64,000 bases of DNA. It comes from a virus. Shown one piece after another: positions 18,948 through 29,094 of the stretch (position 1 is the first letter of the stretch; every line of letters begins with the position of its first letter). Both the position numbers and the translations under genes were made by a program. The notes beneath the pieces were generated by a model. The model was given only the letters and a program-made list of their open reading frames with translations, searched no databases and was not told where the DNA came from. The DNA lies in IMG/VR virus record IMGVR_UViG_3300025151_000017, positions 1 to 64,000 of that record; one strand, given 5' to 3'.

Positions 18948-19699
18948 TGTTAGGTAAACCACCCTTTTATCATCAGACGATAAGGAACTGTATTATTGGT
19001 TTCGGTAAGATGTTTTCAGATGTAGAGTTTGAAAGATTCGATAACTCTGGTACAGCTCAGCAAAAGATATTAGTACCAATCGCATATGGTCCAAAAGAAA
19101 AGTGGGTACAAAGGTTAGAGCAAGATCCAACTTTAGAAGACCAACAATATACTACTTTACCTCGTTTGTCATTTGAAATGGCAGCGATATCGTACGACCC
19201 ACTTAGAAAAACCAATCGTATGGGTACTCTTAAAATTAACAGGACATCAGCTGGTGGTGGCTCAGGTAAAAGGGATAAACTTTTTGCACCTGTACCATTT
19301 AACTTAGATATGCAATTAAATTGTCTTACTAAGACTACTGAAGATGGTTTACAGATAGTAGAGCAAATCCTACCCTTTTTTACTCCAGAGTTTACAATGA
19401 AGATAAAGAATACCGACCCAACTCTGGAAACTGAAACAGATGTTCCAATAATACTAAATAGTTCTAGCTTCGTAGATGATTATGACGGAACTTTTGAGAT
19501 ACGAAGATTCGTCACATGGACCTTCAACTTCACTCTAAAAATAATGTTATTCGGTGGAGTTGACCAAACTGGTTCAGTTATTACATCTACATTCGTAGAT
19601 CTAGGTAATCCAGATGAACAACATAGGGCAACTGGTGACCTAAATAACTTACAAGTGACTGACTTGGGTTGGAATATAACTCAAAAACAAGATTTATAG
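18947..19699 (+). CDS. gp15: Tail sheath stabiliser/completion protein gp15
   Basis: FYHQTIR, VPIAYGPKEKW, LPRLSFEM and QIVEQILPFFTP. Confidence 0.9.
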   Translation: MLGKPPFYHQTIRNCIIGFGKMFSDVEFERFDNSGTAQQKILVPIAYGPKEKWVQRLEQDPTLEDQQYTTLPRLSFEMAAISYDPLRKTNRMGTLKINRTSAGGGSGKRDKLFAPVPFNLDMQLNCLTKTTEDGLQIVEQILPFFTPEFTMKIKNTDPTLETETDVPIILNSSSFVDDYDGTFEIRRFVTWTFNFTLKIMLFGGVDQTGSVITSTFVDLGNPDEQHRATGDLNNLQVTDLGWNITQKQDL

Positions 19700-19711
19700 G
19701 AGAAGTTTTAA

Positions 19712-20611
19712 ATGGCAAAACAAGATTTAAATATTGGTACTCTAGCCAACGATGGTACAGGTGATACCCTTAGAGATGGTGGTACAAAAGTAAAGGCAAA
19801 CTTTGACGAACTTTATACTGCCCTTGGTGGTAATACTGTACAGATTGCGATCCCAGGATCGGGAGTCACTAATGGTCAAGTATTAAAATACAACGCAAGC
19901 AACTCAGCTTTTGAACCAGACACAGATACTAATGTAAACACAACTTATACTGTATCCGCAGAAGTTTCTGGTACTGATGCTTCTATTAGATTGACTGGCT
20001 CAGACGCAAGTACTGATAATGTAAATCTAGTATCTGGTACAGGTATTAATATTGATAGAACTGATGCCGATAACATTACTATAAACAACACAGTCACAAA
20101 TACAACTTATTCAACCTCTATTCAATCTGTCACAGCTGGTTCTAAAGAATTAAGACTATCTGGTTCAAACTCAGTAAATGATGACATTACTATTACTGAA
20201 GGAGCAGGTATCGTATTAACAAGTTCAAACGATGCTCAGCTTACTATTACTTCAGTGTCATTACAACAGTTTGACTTTTCAGCTGGTGATGGTACTAACT
20301 ATACAGTTTCTGGCTCAGGTCTTTTAACTGCTGGTGAAAACGATCCACAACTATTTGTATATAGAGGACATACTTATCGTTTCAGACATACGATTGCTGC
20401 AAACGCACACCCACTTGAAATCGTAGAGTTCGGTACATCTACTGCACCTGCTGCTGATTATATCAGCTCAACTAACGCAACTAGAAACCTTGCTACAACT
20501 AATGATATTATTACATTCACAATTCCGATGAATGCTGCAACAGGAAACACTTACCAATATAGATGTACTGCTCACCCAAGTAGTATGCTTGGTACAATTA
20601 CTGTTGTATAA
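19712..20611 (+). CDS. Baseplate/fibre protein (gp9/gp10-like N-terminus) with cupredoxin-like C-terminal domain
   Basis: MAKQDLNIGTLANDGTGDTLRDGG..K...NFDELY; C-terminal HPL...YRCTAHPSSM. Confidence 0.65.
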   Translation: MAKQDLNIGTLANDGTGDTLRDGGTKVKANFDELYTALGGNTVQIAIPGSGVTNGQVLKYNASNSAFEPDTDTNVNTTYTVSAEVSGTDASIRLTGSDASTDNVNLVSGTGINIDRTDADNITINNTVTNTTYSTSIQSVTAGSKELRLSGSNSVNDDITITEGAGIVLTSSNDAQLTITSVSLQQFDFSAGDGTNYTVSGSGLLTAGENDPQLFVYRGHTYRFRHTIAANAHPLEIVEFGTSTAPAADYISSTNATRNLATTNDIITFTIPMNAATGNTYQYRCTAHPSSMLGTITVV

Positions 20612-20632
20612 TAATCTCCGCAAGGAGGACTA

Positions 20633-22222
20633 ATGGCATCGACCTATTATAATGCAAATCAAAATCTAAAAGCTGTAGGTGTTCCTGTAGAATTTACAGA
20701 GGAACAAGTTAAAGAGTATATCAAGTGCAAACGCAACCCAATATACTTTATCGAAAACTACTGCAAGATTGTATCACTTGATGATGGTGTTGTTGATTTT
20801 AAACTGTATGCTTGTCAAAAAAGAAAAGTAAAACATATCATGAAGAATCGTCAGACGATTCTAATGGAAGGAAGACAGCAGGGTAAAACAGTCGTAAGTG
20901 CTGCATGTATATTACACTTCACATTATTTAATGATAATAAGACTGCTGCGATTATGGCAAACAAAGCTACTGCTGCCAGGGAAGTTTTATCTAGATACCA
21001 ACTTATGTACGAGTACCTTCCTAACTGGATGCAACAAGGTGTAGCTGTTTGGAACAAGGGTGATATAGAATTAGAGAATGGCTCAAAGATATTTACTGCT
21101 GCGACTTCTAGTTCAGCGATTCGTGGTAAATCAGTAAACTGGCTTTATATTGATGAAGCTGCAATTATACCGAATACTGTAGCAGAAGAATTTTTTACTT
21201 CTGTTTATCCTACGATCTCAGCTGGTAAAGATACCAAAGTATTACTGTCCTCGACACCTCTAGGATATAATCACTTTTGGAGATACTGGGAAGCTGCACA
21301 AGAGGGCAGGAATGATTTTGCTCCATTGTTTATACCTTATACTGATATCCCAGGAAGAACTAAAAAGTGGGCAGAAAAACAAAGAGCATTACTTGGTGAC
21401 TTAAAATTTAATCAGGAAGTATTATGTGAGTTCTTAGGATCTAGTGCTACTCTTATAAGTGCGAGTGCAATAGGTGAAATGAAACCCAAGCCATTTATAT
21501 TATCAAGAGATGGTTTAGATATACAAGAAGAGCCGATTCCTGGACATTCATATACTCTAGTCGCAGATACTGCTAAAGGTGTGGGTGGAGATTACAGTGC
21601 TTTCGTAGTAATAGATACGACAGCAGTACCATATAAAGTTGTAGCAAAGTATAGAAACAACTCTATTAGTCCTTTACTTTATCCCAATATTATTGATAAG
21701 GTGGGCAAGGAATATTATAATGCTCAGGTATTAGTAGAAACAAATGCTAGTGAGCAAGTACCTTATATATTGTACAACGAACTAGAGTACGAGAACATGA
21801 TTATGGTTTCTCGTACAAACATGGGTCAAAAGATTACTGGAGGGTTTGGCTCAGGTAAAAGTCAGTATGGAGTAAATACTGATAGAAAAATTAAAAGAAT
21901 TGGTTGCCAGAATCTAAAAACATTAATAGACGAAGGCAAACTACACATTTATGATGGGGATATTATAGGTGAGATAAGTACCTTTATTGAAAACAAAGGA
22001 TCTTTTTCTGCTGATGACGGATATCACGATGACTTAGTTATGTGCCTAGTATTGTTTGGTTGGCTTACATCAGACTCTTATTTTACGGAATCTAACGATG
22101 TAAATTTACGAGAAGAGATGTATAAAAACCAGATGAAACAGATAGAAGAGGAGTTGACTCCTTTCGGTTTTATTAACGATGGGCAGAAGTACGATGACGA
22201 GGAAGAGCTTTTAAACTTCTAA
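20633..22222 (+). CDS. gp17: Terminase large subunit gp17
   Basis: GRQQGKT Walker A, YIDEAA Walker B, HDDLVM nuclease motif. Confidence 0.95.
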   Translation: MASTYYNANQNLKAVGVPVEFTEEQVKEYIKCKRNPIYFIENYCKIVSLDDGVVDFKLYACQKRKVKHIMKNRQTILMEGRQQGKTVVSAACILHFTLFNDNKTAAIMANKATAAREVLSRYQLMYEYLPNWMQQGVAVWNKGDIELENGSKIFTAATSSSAIRGKSVNWLYIDEAAIIPNTVAEEFFTSVYPTISAGKDTKVLLSSTPLGYNHFWRYWEAAQEGRNDFAPLFIPYTDIPGRTKKWAEKQRALLGDLKFNQEVLCEFLGSSATLISASAIGEMKPKPFILSRDGLDIQEEPIPGHSYTLVADTAKGVGGDYSAFVVIDTTAVPYKVVAKYRNNSISPLLYPNIIDKVGKEYYNAQVLVETNASEQVPYILYNELEYENMIMVSRTNMGQKITGGFGSGKSQYGVNTDRKIKRIGCQNLKTLIDEGKLHIYDGDIIGEISTFIENKGSFSADDGYHDDLVMCLVLFGWLTSDSYFTESNDVNLREEMYKNQMKQIEEELTPFGFINDGQKYDDEEELLNF

Positions 22223-22304
22223 AATCGTATAAAAACTAAATAAAAGCATTGGGGAATTAATAGTTCCCTTTTGAATTAACGAATTCATTAATAAGGAGAA
22301 ACAA

Positions 22305-23981
22305 ATGGCTTTTCAACTCAGTCCTGGAGTAGTTGTCAAAGAACAAGATTTCACTTCAATTGTACCTAATGTGGCAACATCATCTGGTGCTTTTGCTGGG
22401 AACTTTCAATGGGGTCCAATCGAAGACCCTGTACAAATTGTTTCTGAAAATAACTTAGTAGAAAGATTCGGTGAACCTACCGACGCAACTTTCGATAGTT
22501 TTTTCACTGCAGCTAACTTCCTATCATATTCAAATAACTTATTGACAGTTCGTGCCGACACTACTGCTGCGAGAAACGCAGTTGCTACTGGTACAGCTGT
22601 TAAGATTAAAAACTTAAATGACTACACCTCTTCATATGTTGGTGGGTCAAATAATGTCGGTACTTTCGCTGCAAAGTGGGCAGGCACAAGAGGAAACTCT
22701 CTTAAAGTAGAGATTGCTGACTCAGCAACTTTTGCTTCTTGGGCAAACAAAGGAAACTTCGATAGAATTCCTGGCACTTCTGCTTCAGTTGCTGCTGCAG
22801 GTGGTTCGGATGACGAACTTCATGTACTAGTAATTGATGAAGATGGTTTGTTTACTGGAACTGCTGGTTCAGTTCTAGAAACTTTTGCTCATGTATCTGC
22901 TGCAAGCGATGCTAAAAAGTTCGACGGATCTAATAATTTTTACAAAGATGTAATTAACTCACAGTCAAGATTTGTCTGGTGGATGGATCATCCAACTGTC
23001 ACAGGTACTGCATGGGGTGCTGCTTCAAGTGGTACTACTTTTGGTGACCTTGGTGCAGTTTATTCAGTAAGTCTTTCAAGTGGAGTAGATACTGCACCAA
23101 CTGATGGTGATATTCAAACTGCTCTTAGCATTTTTGCTAATGACGAGCTGTATGACATTTCACTAGTTATGGTTGGTAAAGCTCCAGCAGTCACTGCTAC
23201 TTATGCAATTAACAATATTGCTGAAGTAAGAAAAGACTGTATGGTATTCTGTTCTGCTGAAGATGCTTCAGGAAATACTATCCTAGCAACTGATGCCGAC
23301 CCAGTGGGTGACATTACTACTTACCGAAACTCATTACCAAGCTCATCTTATGGTGTGCTTGATACTGGTTCTAAATACCAGTACGACAGATATAACGATA
23401 AATATAGATATGTACCACTAAATGGTGACATAGCAGGTCTCGCTGCAAGAACTGACTATGACCAAGATGCTTGGTTCTCACCAGCTGGTGCTTCTAGAGG
23501 TCAAATCAAGAATGTTGTTAAATTAGCATTCTCACCAAACAAAACTCAAAGGGATACTTTATACCAAGCTGGTGTAAACCCTGTTGTAACATTCCCAGGA
23601 AATGGTACACAACTATTTGGTGACAAGACTCTACTTTCTAGCGAATCTGCATTCAACAGAATCAATGTTCGTAGATTGTTTATCGTACTAGAAAAAGCGA
23701 TTGCGATTGCTGCAAAAGCACAGCTCTTTGAATTCAACGATGAGTTCACAAGAAACGACTTTAAAAACGCAGTCAATCCTTTCTTAAGAGATGTACAAGG
23801 AAGACGAGGAATTACAGACTTTACAGTAGTTTGTGACTCTACTAACAACACAGGTGATGTAGTTGATAGAAACGAATTCCGTGCAGATATATTCATTAAA
23901 CCTAACAGAGCAATTAACTTCATTACTCTTACATTTGTAGCTAGTAAATCAAGTGTAGACTTTAGTGAAATTGGTGGCTAA
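22305..23981 (+). CDS. gp18: Tail sheath protein gp18
   Basis: QLSPGVVVKEQDFT, WFSPAG and FNRINVRRLF. Confidence 0.95.
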   Translation: MAFQLSPGVVVKEQDFTSIVPNVATSSGAFAGNFQWGPIEDPVQIVSENNLVERFGEPTDATFDSFFTAANFLSYSNNLLTVRADTTAARNAVATGTAVKIKNLNDYTSSYVGGSNNVGTFAAKWAGTRGNSLKVEIADSATFASWANKGNFDRIPGTSASVAAAGGSDDELHVLVIDEDGLFTGTAGSVLETFAHVSAASDAKKFDGSNNFYKDVINSQSRFVWWMDHPTVTGTAWGAASSGTTFGDLGAVYSVSLSSGVDTAPTDGDIQTALSIFANDELYDISLVMVGKAPAVTATYAINNIAEVRKDCMVFCSAEDASGNTILATDADPVGDITTYRNSLPSSSYGVLDTGSKYQYDRYNDKYRYVPLNGDIAGLAARTDYDQDAWFSPAGASRGQIKNVVKLAFSPNKTQRDTLYQAGVNPVVTFPGNGTQLFGDKTLLSSESAFNRINVRRLFIVLEKAIAIAAKAQLFEFNDEFTRNDFKNAVNPFLRDVQGRRGITDFTVVCDSTNNTGDVVDRNEFRADIFIKPNRAINFITLTFVASKSSVDFSEIGG

Positions 23982-24004
23982 ATATAAAAAAGGAGAAATA
24001 AAAC

Positions 24005-24598
24005 ATGGCTAATATTGCTGACTTTAAAGCGAACATGACTGGTGGTGGAGCTCGTCCCAATCAGTTCCGTGTTGACTTACAATTCCCTTCTTATGTCACT
24101 GGTGGAAGAGTTGCTGCTGTACAAGGACAATTTCTTTGCAAAGCTGCACAATTACCAGCTAGTACATTAGAAAACTTGCCGATCCAATATAGAGGTCGTG
24201 CTGTAAACTTTGCTGCGGAAAGAACTTTCGCTCCGTGGACTATTACTGTTTACAATGACACGAACTTCGGTATTAGGAACGCAATCGAAAGATGGCAAAA
24301 TGGAATCCAAGAGTATGCGACTACAGAAGGTCGTACAAACCCTGCGGATTACCAAGCTGACTTGCTTGTAACACAATTAGATAGAAATGGTGCAAGTGTC
24401 AAAACTTATAAGTTTGTTGATGCTTTCCCTCTATCAATTGGTATCGTACAGTTAGACTACGACACAACAAATGCTATTGAAACATTTGATGTAGAGTGGC
24501 AGTACAACTTCTTTACAAGTGATACAGCTGAGAGTGGTGGATTAGGAGTTAATGTTTCAGTAGATACACCTATTGGTTCGTTCCCAATCAACATTTAA
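24005..24598 (+). CDS. gp19: Tail tube protein gp19
   Basis: GGGARPNQFRV and RTFAPWTITVYND. Confidence 0.95.
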   Translation: MANIADFKANMTGGGARPNQFRVDLQFPSYVTGGRVAAVQGQFLCKAAQLPASTLENLPIQYRGRAVNFAAERTFAPWTITVYNDTNFGIRNAIERWQNGIQEYATTEGRTNPADYQADLLVTQLDRNGASVKTYKFVDAFPLSIGIVQLDYDTTNAIETFDVEWQYNFFTSDTAESGGLGVNVSVDTPIGSFPINI

Positions 24599-24621
24599 TT
24601 ATTAATAAAGGTGAATAAATT

Positions 24622-26169
24622 ATGGCTGAATTTTTCGGTTTCGAAATTACACGGAAGAGGAATAGAGAACCTTTAACACCTGTCGCCCCATCACGAGATG
24701 ATGGGTCTACAGTACTGACGGATGTTAGTGCATACTATGGTGTTACACTCGACCTTGATAATTCGATAAGAAGTGAAAATGCTTTAATCAAAAGATATCG
24801 TGAAGTCTCGCAGTACCCAGATTGTGATGGTGCGATAGAAGATATAACTAATGAAGCAATCACAATACAAGATGATGCACCTAGTGTACAACTAGTACTC
24901 GACGACCTACCTGTATCAGATAACATTAAAGAAAAAATTCATGAAGAGTTTGGAGAGATCTACGATCTACTCCAGTTTGACCACAAAGGTCATGACATCT
25001 TCAAGACTTGGTATGTAGATGGGAGATTATACTACCATCTTATTCTAGACCCAGCTAATCCAAAAGCTGGTATTCAAGAATTAAGATATGTAGATCCTAT
25101 GAAGATCCGAAAGATTAAGGATATCAAGAAAGAAAAGAACTCTAAAGGATTAGAGGTAGTAAAGAGTCAAGAAGAATATTATATCTACAATGATAAAGGT
25201 ATAAGCGACTCTAATACTAAAGGGATTAAACTGAGTAAGGACTCAGTTGTATTCTGTCCTTCTGGTAATGTTGACCAGAACACTGGTATAGTTTTATCGC
25301 ATTTACAAAAAGCAGTAAAACCTGTAAACCAGTTAAAGATGATTGAAGATGCTGTTGTTATTTACAGACTTAGTCGTGCACCAGAAAGAAGAATATTTTA
25401 TGTTGATGTAGGAAACCTGCCTAAGATTAAAGCAGAACAATATGTCAACGACATTATGAATAAGTATCGAAACAAAGTTGTTTACGATGCTACCACAGGT
25501 GAAGTCAGAGATGACAGAAAACACCTGAGCATGATGGAAGATTTTTGGATGCCTAGAAGAGAGGGTGGTCGTGGTACTGAAATCACTACACTCCCTGGTG
25601 GGCAAAACTTAGGAGACATTGCTGACATACAATATTTCCAAAGAAAACTTTACCAGTCTTTAAATGTACCTATGTCAAGATTACAAGGTGAGACTGGATT
25701 TACTTTAGGTCGTGCTTCTGAAATTACTAGAGACGAACTAAAGTTTAACAAGTTTATTCAAAGGGTCCAAAGAAAGTTCAGTCAGTTTATGATTGATATT
25801 CTTAGGATTCAATTAATTGCGAAAGGTGTAATGACCGATGAAGACTTTGAAGATGCTAGATGCGATATCAGAGTTGACTTTTTAGAGGACAATCACTTTA
25901 CGGAGTTAAAGAATAATGAGTTGCTACAACAACGAGTGGGTATGCTTGGTCAAGTAGAACCATATCTTGGTAAGTTCTATTCGTTAGAGTGGGCAAGAAA
26001 AAATATATTAATGCAGTCTGAAGAGGAGATGAAAGAAATCGACGACCAGATTGAAGCAGAAAAGGCAGAGCAGGAAGCTGAGCAAGAACCAGAAGGTGGT
26101 AATGAAGTACCAGATATGGATTCAATGCAAACTACTGACGAGCCAGAAGATAATGAAGGAGAAGAATAA
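24622..26169 (+). CDS. gp20: Portal protein gp20
   Basis: IYRLSRAPERRIFYVDVGNLPK and EDFWMPRREGGRGTEITTLPGGQNLG. Confidence 0.97.
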   Translation: MAEFFGFEITRKRNREPLTPVAPSRDDGSTVLTDVSAYYGVTLDLDNSIRSENALIKRYREVSQYPDCDGAIEDITNEAITIQDDAPSVQLVLDDLPVSDNIKEKIHEEFGEIYDLLQFDHKGHDIFKTWYVDGRLYYHLILDPANPKAGIQELRYVDPMKIRKIKDIKKEKNSKGLEVVKSQEEYYIYNDKGISDSNTKGIKLSKDSVVFCPSGNVDQNTGIVLSHLQKAVKPVNQLKMIEDAVVIYRLSRAPERRIFYVDVGNLPKIKAEQYVNDIMNKYRNKVVYDATTGEVRDDRKHLSMMEDFWMPRREGGRGTEITTLPGGQNLGDIADIQYFQRKLYQSLNVPMSRLQGETGFTLGRASEITRDELKFNKFIQRVQRKFSQFMIDILRIQLIAKGVMTDEDFEDARCDIRVDFLEDNHFTELKNNELLQQRVGMLGQVEPYLGKFYSLEWARKNILMQSEEEMKEIDDQIEAEKAEQEAEQEPEGGNEVPDMDSMQTTDEPEDNEGEE

Positions 26170-26417
26170 TGGGAACTAAAGAACTTATAGATGCGATTCA
26201 ATCAGGTGATGCTGAAGGAATCGAGAATACTTTTCAAGGTGTAATGTCTGCGAAAGTTGGAGATAAATTAGATACGATGAAGAAAGAATTGGCTTCAACG
26301 ATGTTTAAAACTCCAGAAGAACAGGATGAGATAGCTGGTGAGCCAGAGGTCGAACAGGCAGAAGAAACTCCAGCTGAAACTGTAGAGGAACCAGCTGAAG
26401 ATGGCGAAGAAGTTTAA
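26169..26417 (+). CDS. Prohead core protein, gp67-like
   Basis: Small acidic ORF directly after the portal. Confidence 0.55.
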   Translation: MGTKELIDAIQSGDAEGIENTFQGVMSAKVGDKLDTMKKELASTMFKTPEEQDEIAGEPEVEQAEETPAETVEEPAEDGEEV

Positions 26418-26799
26418 AGATATCTATACTGCTTCTTCGGAGGATAGAGAACAACAACTATTAGATAGTATTGAAGTTTCTCTACCAGAGGAAAGGATAG
26501 CTGAGTGTATTTCACGACATAGTGATGTTGAAATAACAGATAAACTAATCGAAGAATACATTAATAAAGCATCCACAACGGATTTTAATATAGATCCTAT
26601 ACTTACAGAGATTAAGTTAAGGTCTATAAATGAGTTTAGAAATAAGCTCGACTATGTATTAAAAGATGGTACAAAGATCGCAATAAGTGAGAAAAACCAA
26701 ATTTTACTAAATAGTTTACTGAAAGGCAAAGATGAGATCGTATCTCACATGTCTGAGAATAAACAAAACTTTATGGAAGTTTTAAAAGGAGTGTACTAA
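26401..26799 (+). CDS. Hypothetical head-module protein (gp68 position)
   Basis: Synteny between portal and protease. Confidence 0.45.
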   Translation: MAKKFKDIYTASSEDREQQLLDSIEVSLPEERIAECISRHSDVEITDKLIEEYINKASTTDFNIDPILTEIKLRSINEFRNKLDYVLKDGTKIAISEKNQILLNSLLKGKDEIVSHMSENKQNFMEVLKGVY

Positions 26800-27207
26800 A
26801 TGGCAATTGTTAAAACAGTTCTGGCAAAAGATAATCGTAAAGCTATCGTCAGAGTCACTGCAACATCGGCAGGTAATGTCACCATCGATATTGACAGTGA
26901 TTTAAAACTAACAAACGAGACGATTACTTCTTCTGCTCTTAAAGTTGCCATACAGAAAATCGAATACAGCTGTCAAGCTGCACAAGATATTACTGTCGTA
27001 CGAAACTCTGTCCTCGTGGCTACAGTCGCACCTGGAGCTCCGAAGATTGAAACTTCTATTCAGGACGAAGGAGACCAAGATATTGTTGTCACTTTTAGTG
27101 GTAAAGGTATGATACTTCTTCATCTTTCTAAAATGGGTGGCTTTAATGACCCAGTAGAAACACCAGAGTTTGGTGCTTACGATGACCAGACTGCTGTAGG
27201 AAGCTAA
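26800..27207 (+). CDS. Conserved hypothetical head-module protein
   Basis: Late promoter at 26707 and AAGGAG RBS. Confidence 0.5.
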   Translation: MAIVKTVLAKDNRKAIVRVTATSAGNVTIDIDSDLKLTNETITSSALKVAIQKIEYSCQAAQDITVVRNSVLVATVAPGAPKIETSIQDEGDQDIVVTFSGKGMILLHLSKMGGFNDPVETPEFGAYDDQTAVGS

Positions 27208-27208
27208 T

Positions 27209-27865
27209 ATGAAACTAATTAAAGAACATACTGAAACTGTAAACTATCTTATAGAAGAAGATAAAGAAACAGGACAAAAGAATTACAACCTAGAGGGTGT
27301 ATTTCTCCAAGCTGATATTAAAAACAGGAATGGAAGAATTTACCCTGTAGATGTTCTTGACAAAGAAGTTAAGCGATATGTAAAAGAAAATGTCAAGAAG
27401 AATCGTGCGTATGGTGAGCTGGGACACCCTGACTCTCCTACTATCAATTTAGATAGAGTATCGCACATGATAAAAGATTTGAAGCTCGAAGGCAAAAACT
27501 TTGTCGGTAAAGCTAAGATAATGGATACACCTTATGGTAAGATTGTTAAATCGTTGATTGACGAGGGAGCAAGTCTGGGTGTGTCTTCTAGAGGGATGGG
27601 TTCATTGAAAACTACCAAAGACGGAAGTTCCGAAGTTCAAAAAGACTTCATGCTTGCCACTGCTGCAGATATAGTTGCAGATCCGTCGGCACCTGATGCA
27701 TTTGTGCGTGGTGTTATGGAAGGCAAGGAATGGATGTTCGTAGATGGTAAGTTTGTCGAGCAAGATATTGATGCTGTAAAAAGTTCAATAACTAAGGCAA
27801 CAAGATCTCAACTCGAAGAAGCAAAACTTTTCGCTTTTGCGAAATTTTTAAAAGCAATTAAATAA
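27209..27865 (+). CDS. gp21: Prohead protease gp21
   Basis: RAYGELGHP, GVSSRGMGS and DIVADPSAPDAFV. Confidence 0.95.
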   Translation: MKLIKEHTETVNYLIEEDKETGQKNYNLEGVFLQADIKNRNGRIYPVDVLDKEVKRYVKENVKKNRAYGELGHPDSPTINLDRVSHMIKDLKLEGKNFVGKAKIMDTPYGKIVKSLIDEGASLGVSSRGMGSLKTTKDGSSEVQKDFMLATAADIVADPSAPDAFVRGVMEGKEWMFVDGKFVEQDIDAVKSSITKATRSQLEEAKLFAFAKFLKAIK

Positions 27866-27887
27866 CCCATTTTATAAGGAGACTAAC

Positions 27888-29069
27888 ATGTCAAGTATAG
27901 AACAAAAAATCGCAGAACTCCTTGATGAGAGTAAGAAAGCTGAAGAGCAAATCGAAACTCTAGAGGAATCTGAAGGCTGGAAAAAGACAGCCGAAGAAGG
28001 CGAAGCTGAAGCTGCACCTGTAGAAGAAGCACCTGCTGAAGAAGAAGCAGTTGCTGAAGCTGAAGAGTCAGAAGAAGCTGCCGAAGAGGTAGAAGAAATC
28101 GAAGAGGGTGAATTACCACCTGCTTTGAAGAAAGCTATCGATAAAAAGAAAAAAGAGAATGGCGACGACGACGACGATGATGACGACGATGACGACGAAG
28201 ACGAGAAAAAAGAGGGATACATGAACAATTCCAAGAAAAAGGATAAAGATAAAATGATTCCTAAAAAAGAAGAAGTCGAGTCTGATGAAGAAGTTGTAGC
28301 AGAAGAAACTGAAGAAGATGAAATCGCAGTAGATGTTTCAGAAGATGTTGAAGCATTGTTGAATGGCGAAGAACTTTCTGAAGAGTTCAAACAAAAAGCT
28401 ACTACTATCTTTGAAACTGTAGTTGTTTCTAGAGTAAAATCAGAAGTCGCTAAATTCAAAAAAGAATTAGAAGAGTCCAATGCTAAGAGCATTGACGAAG
28501 CTAAAGAGAGTCTAGTTGAAAAAGTTGATGGATACCTCAGCTATGTAGTTGAGCAGTGGATAAGTGAAAATGAAATCGCTCTCGAATCTGGTATGAAGTC
28601 GGAGATCTTAGATGGCTTCATCAATGGTATGAAGAATCTTTTCGCAGAACATTATGTTGATGTTCCTGAAGAAAGATTTGACCTACTTGCTGACGCACAA
28701 GAAAAGGTTGAAGAACTACAAGGTAAGCTCGATGAGCAACTTGAAGCTAATGTAAACCTTTCTAAGAGTGTCAAAGAAATGGAGAAAGCAGAAGTGCTTT
28801 CTAAGGCATCCGATGGAATGGCTGAAACTGATAAAGAAAAATTTGCTGGATTAACTGAAGACCTCAGTTTTGAAGACAAAGAATCTTTTGAGAAGAAAGT
28901 CAATACTATCAGAGAATCTTACTTTGCTTCTAAACCAAGCAAAACAAATGTAGAAACTGTTGTGACTGATGAGCCAGTACAGTTAGAAGAAGAAACTAAG
29001 AAGTCTATTACAGACCCTAAAATTTCTGCTTATGCTGACATGCTCGACAGAAGCAACAAAAATAATTAA
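27888..29069 (+). CDS. gp22: Prohead scaffold gp22
   Basis: ELSEEFKQKATTIFE and VDGYLSYVVEQW; acidic. Confidence 0.9.
   Translation: MSSIEQKIAELLDESKKAEEQIETLEESEGWKKTAEEGEAEAAPVEEAPAEEEAVAEAEESEEAAEEVEEIEEGELPPALKKAIDKKKKENGDDDDDDDDDDDEDEKKEGYMNNSKKKDKDKMIPKKEEVESDEEVVAEETEEDEIAVDVSEDVEALLNGEELSEEFKQKATTIFETVVVSRVKSEVAKFKKELEESNAKSIDEAKESLVEKVDGYLSYVVEQWISENEIALESGMKSEILDGFINGMKNLFAEHYVDVPEERFDLLADAQEKVEELQGKLDEQLEANVNLSKSVKEMEKAEVLSKASDGMAETDKEKFAGLTEDLSFEDKESFEKKVNTIRESYFASKPSKTNVETVVTDEPVQLEEETKKSITDPKISAYADMLDRSNKNN
28164..28205 (+). repeat. GAY trinucleotide run encoding a poly-Asp tract in gp22
   Basis: gacgacgacgacgatgatgacgacgatgacgacgaagacgag. Confidence 0.8.
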
Positions 29070-29094
29070 TCTATCAACTTTAAGGAGATAAAAA

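Noticed and set aside
28164-28205. GAC/GAT repeat as a possible array or contingency locus
   Set aside because: In-frame poly-Asp tract in the scaffold protein, with mixed codons
27872-28492. 206-aa minus-strand Ser-rich ORF
   Set aside because: Antisense shadow of the Glu/Asp-rich gp22; no RBS or promoter
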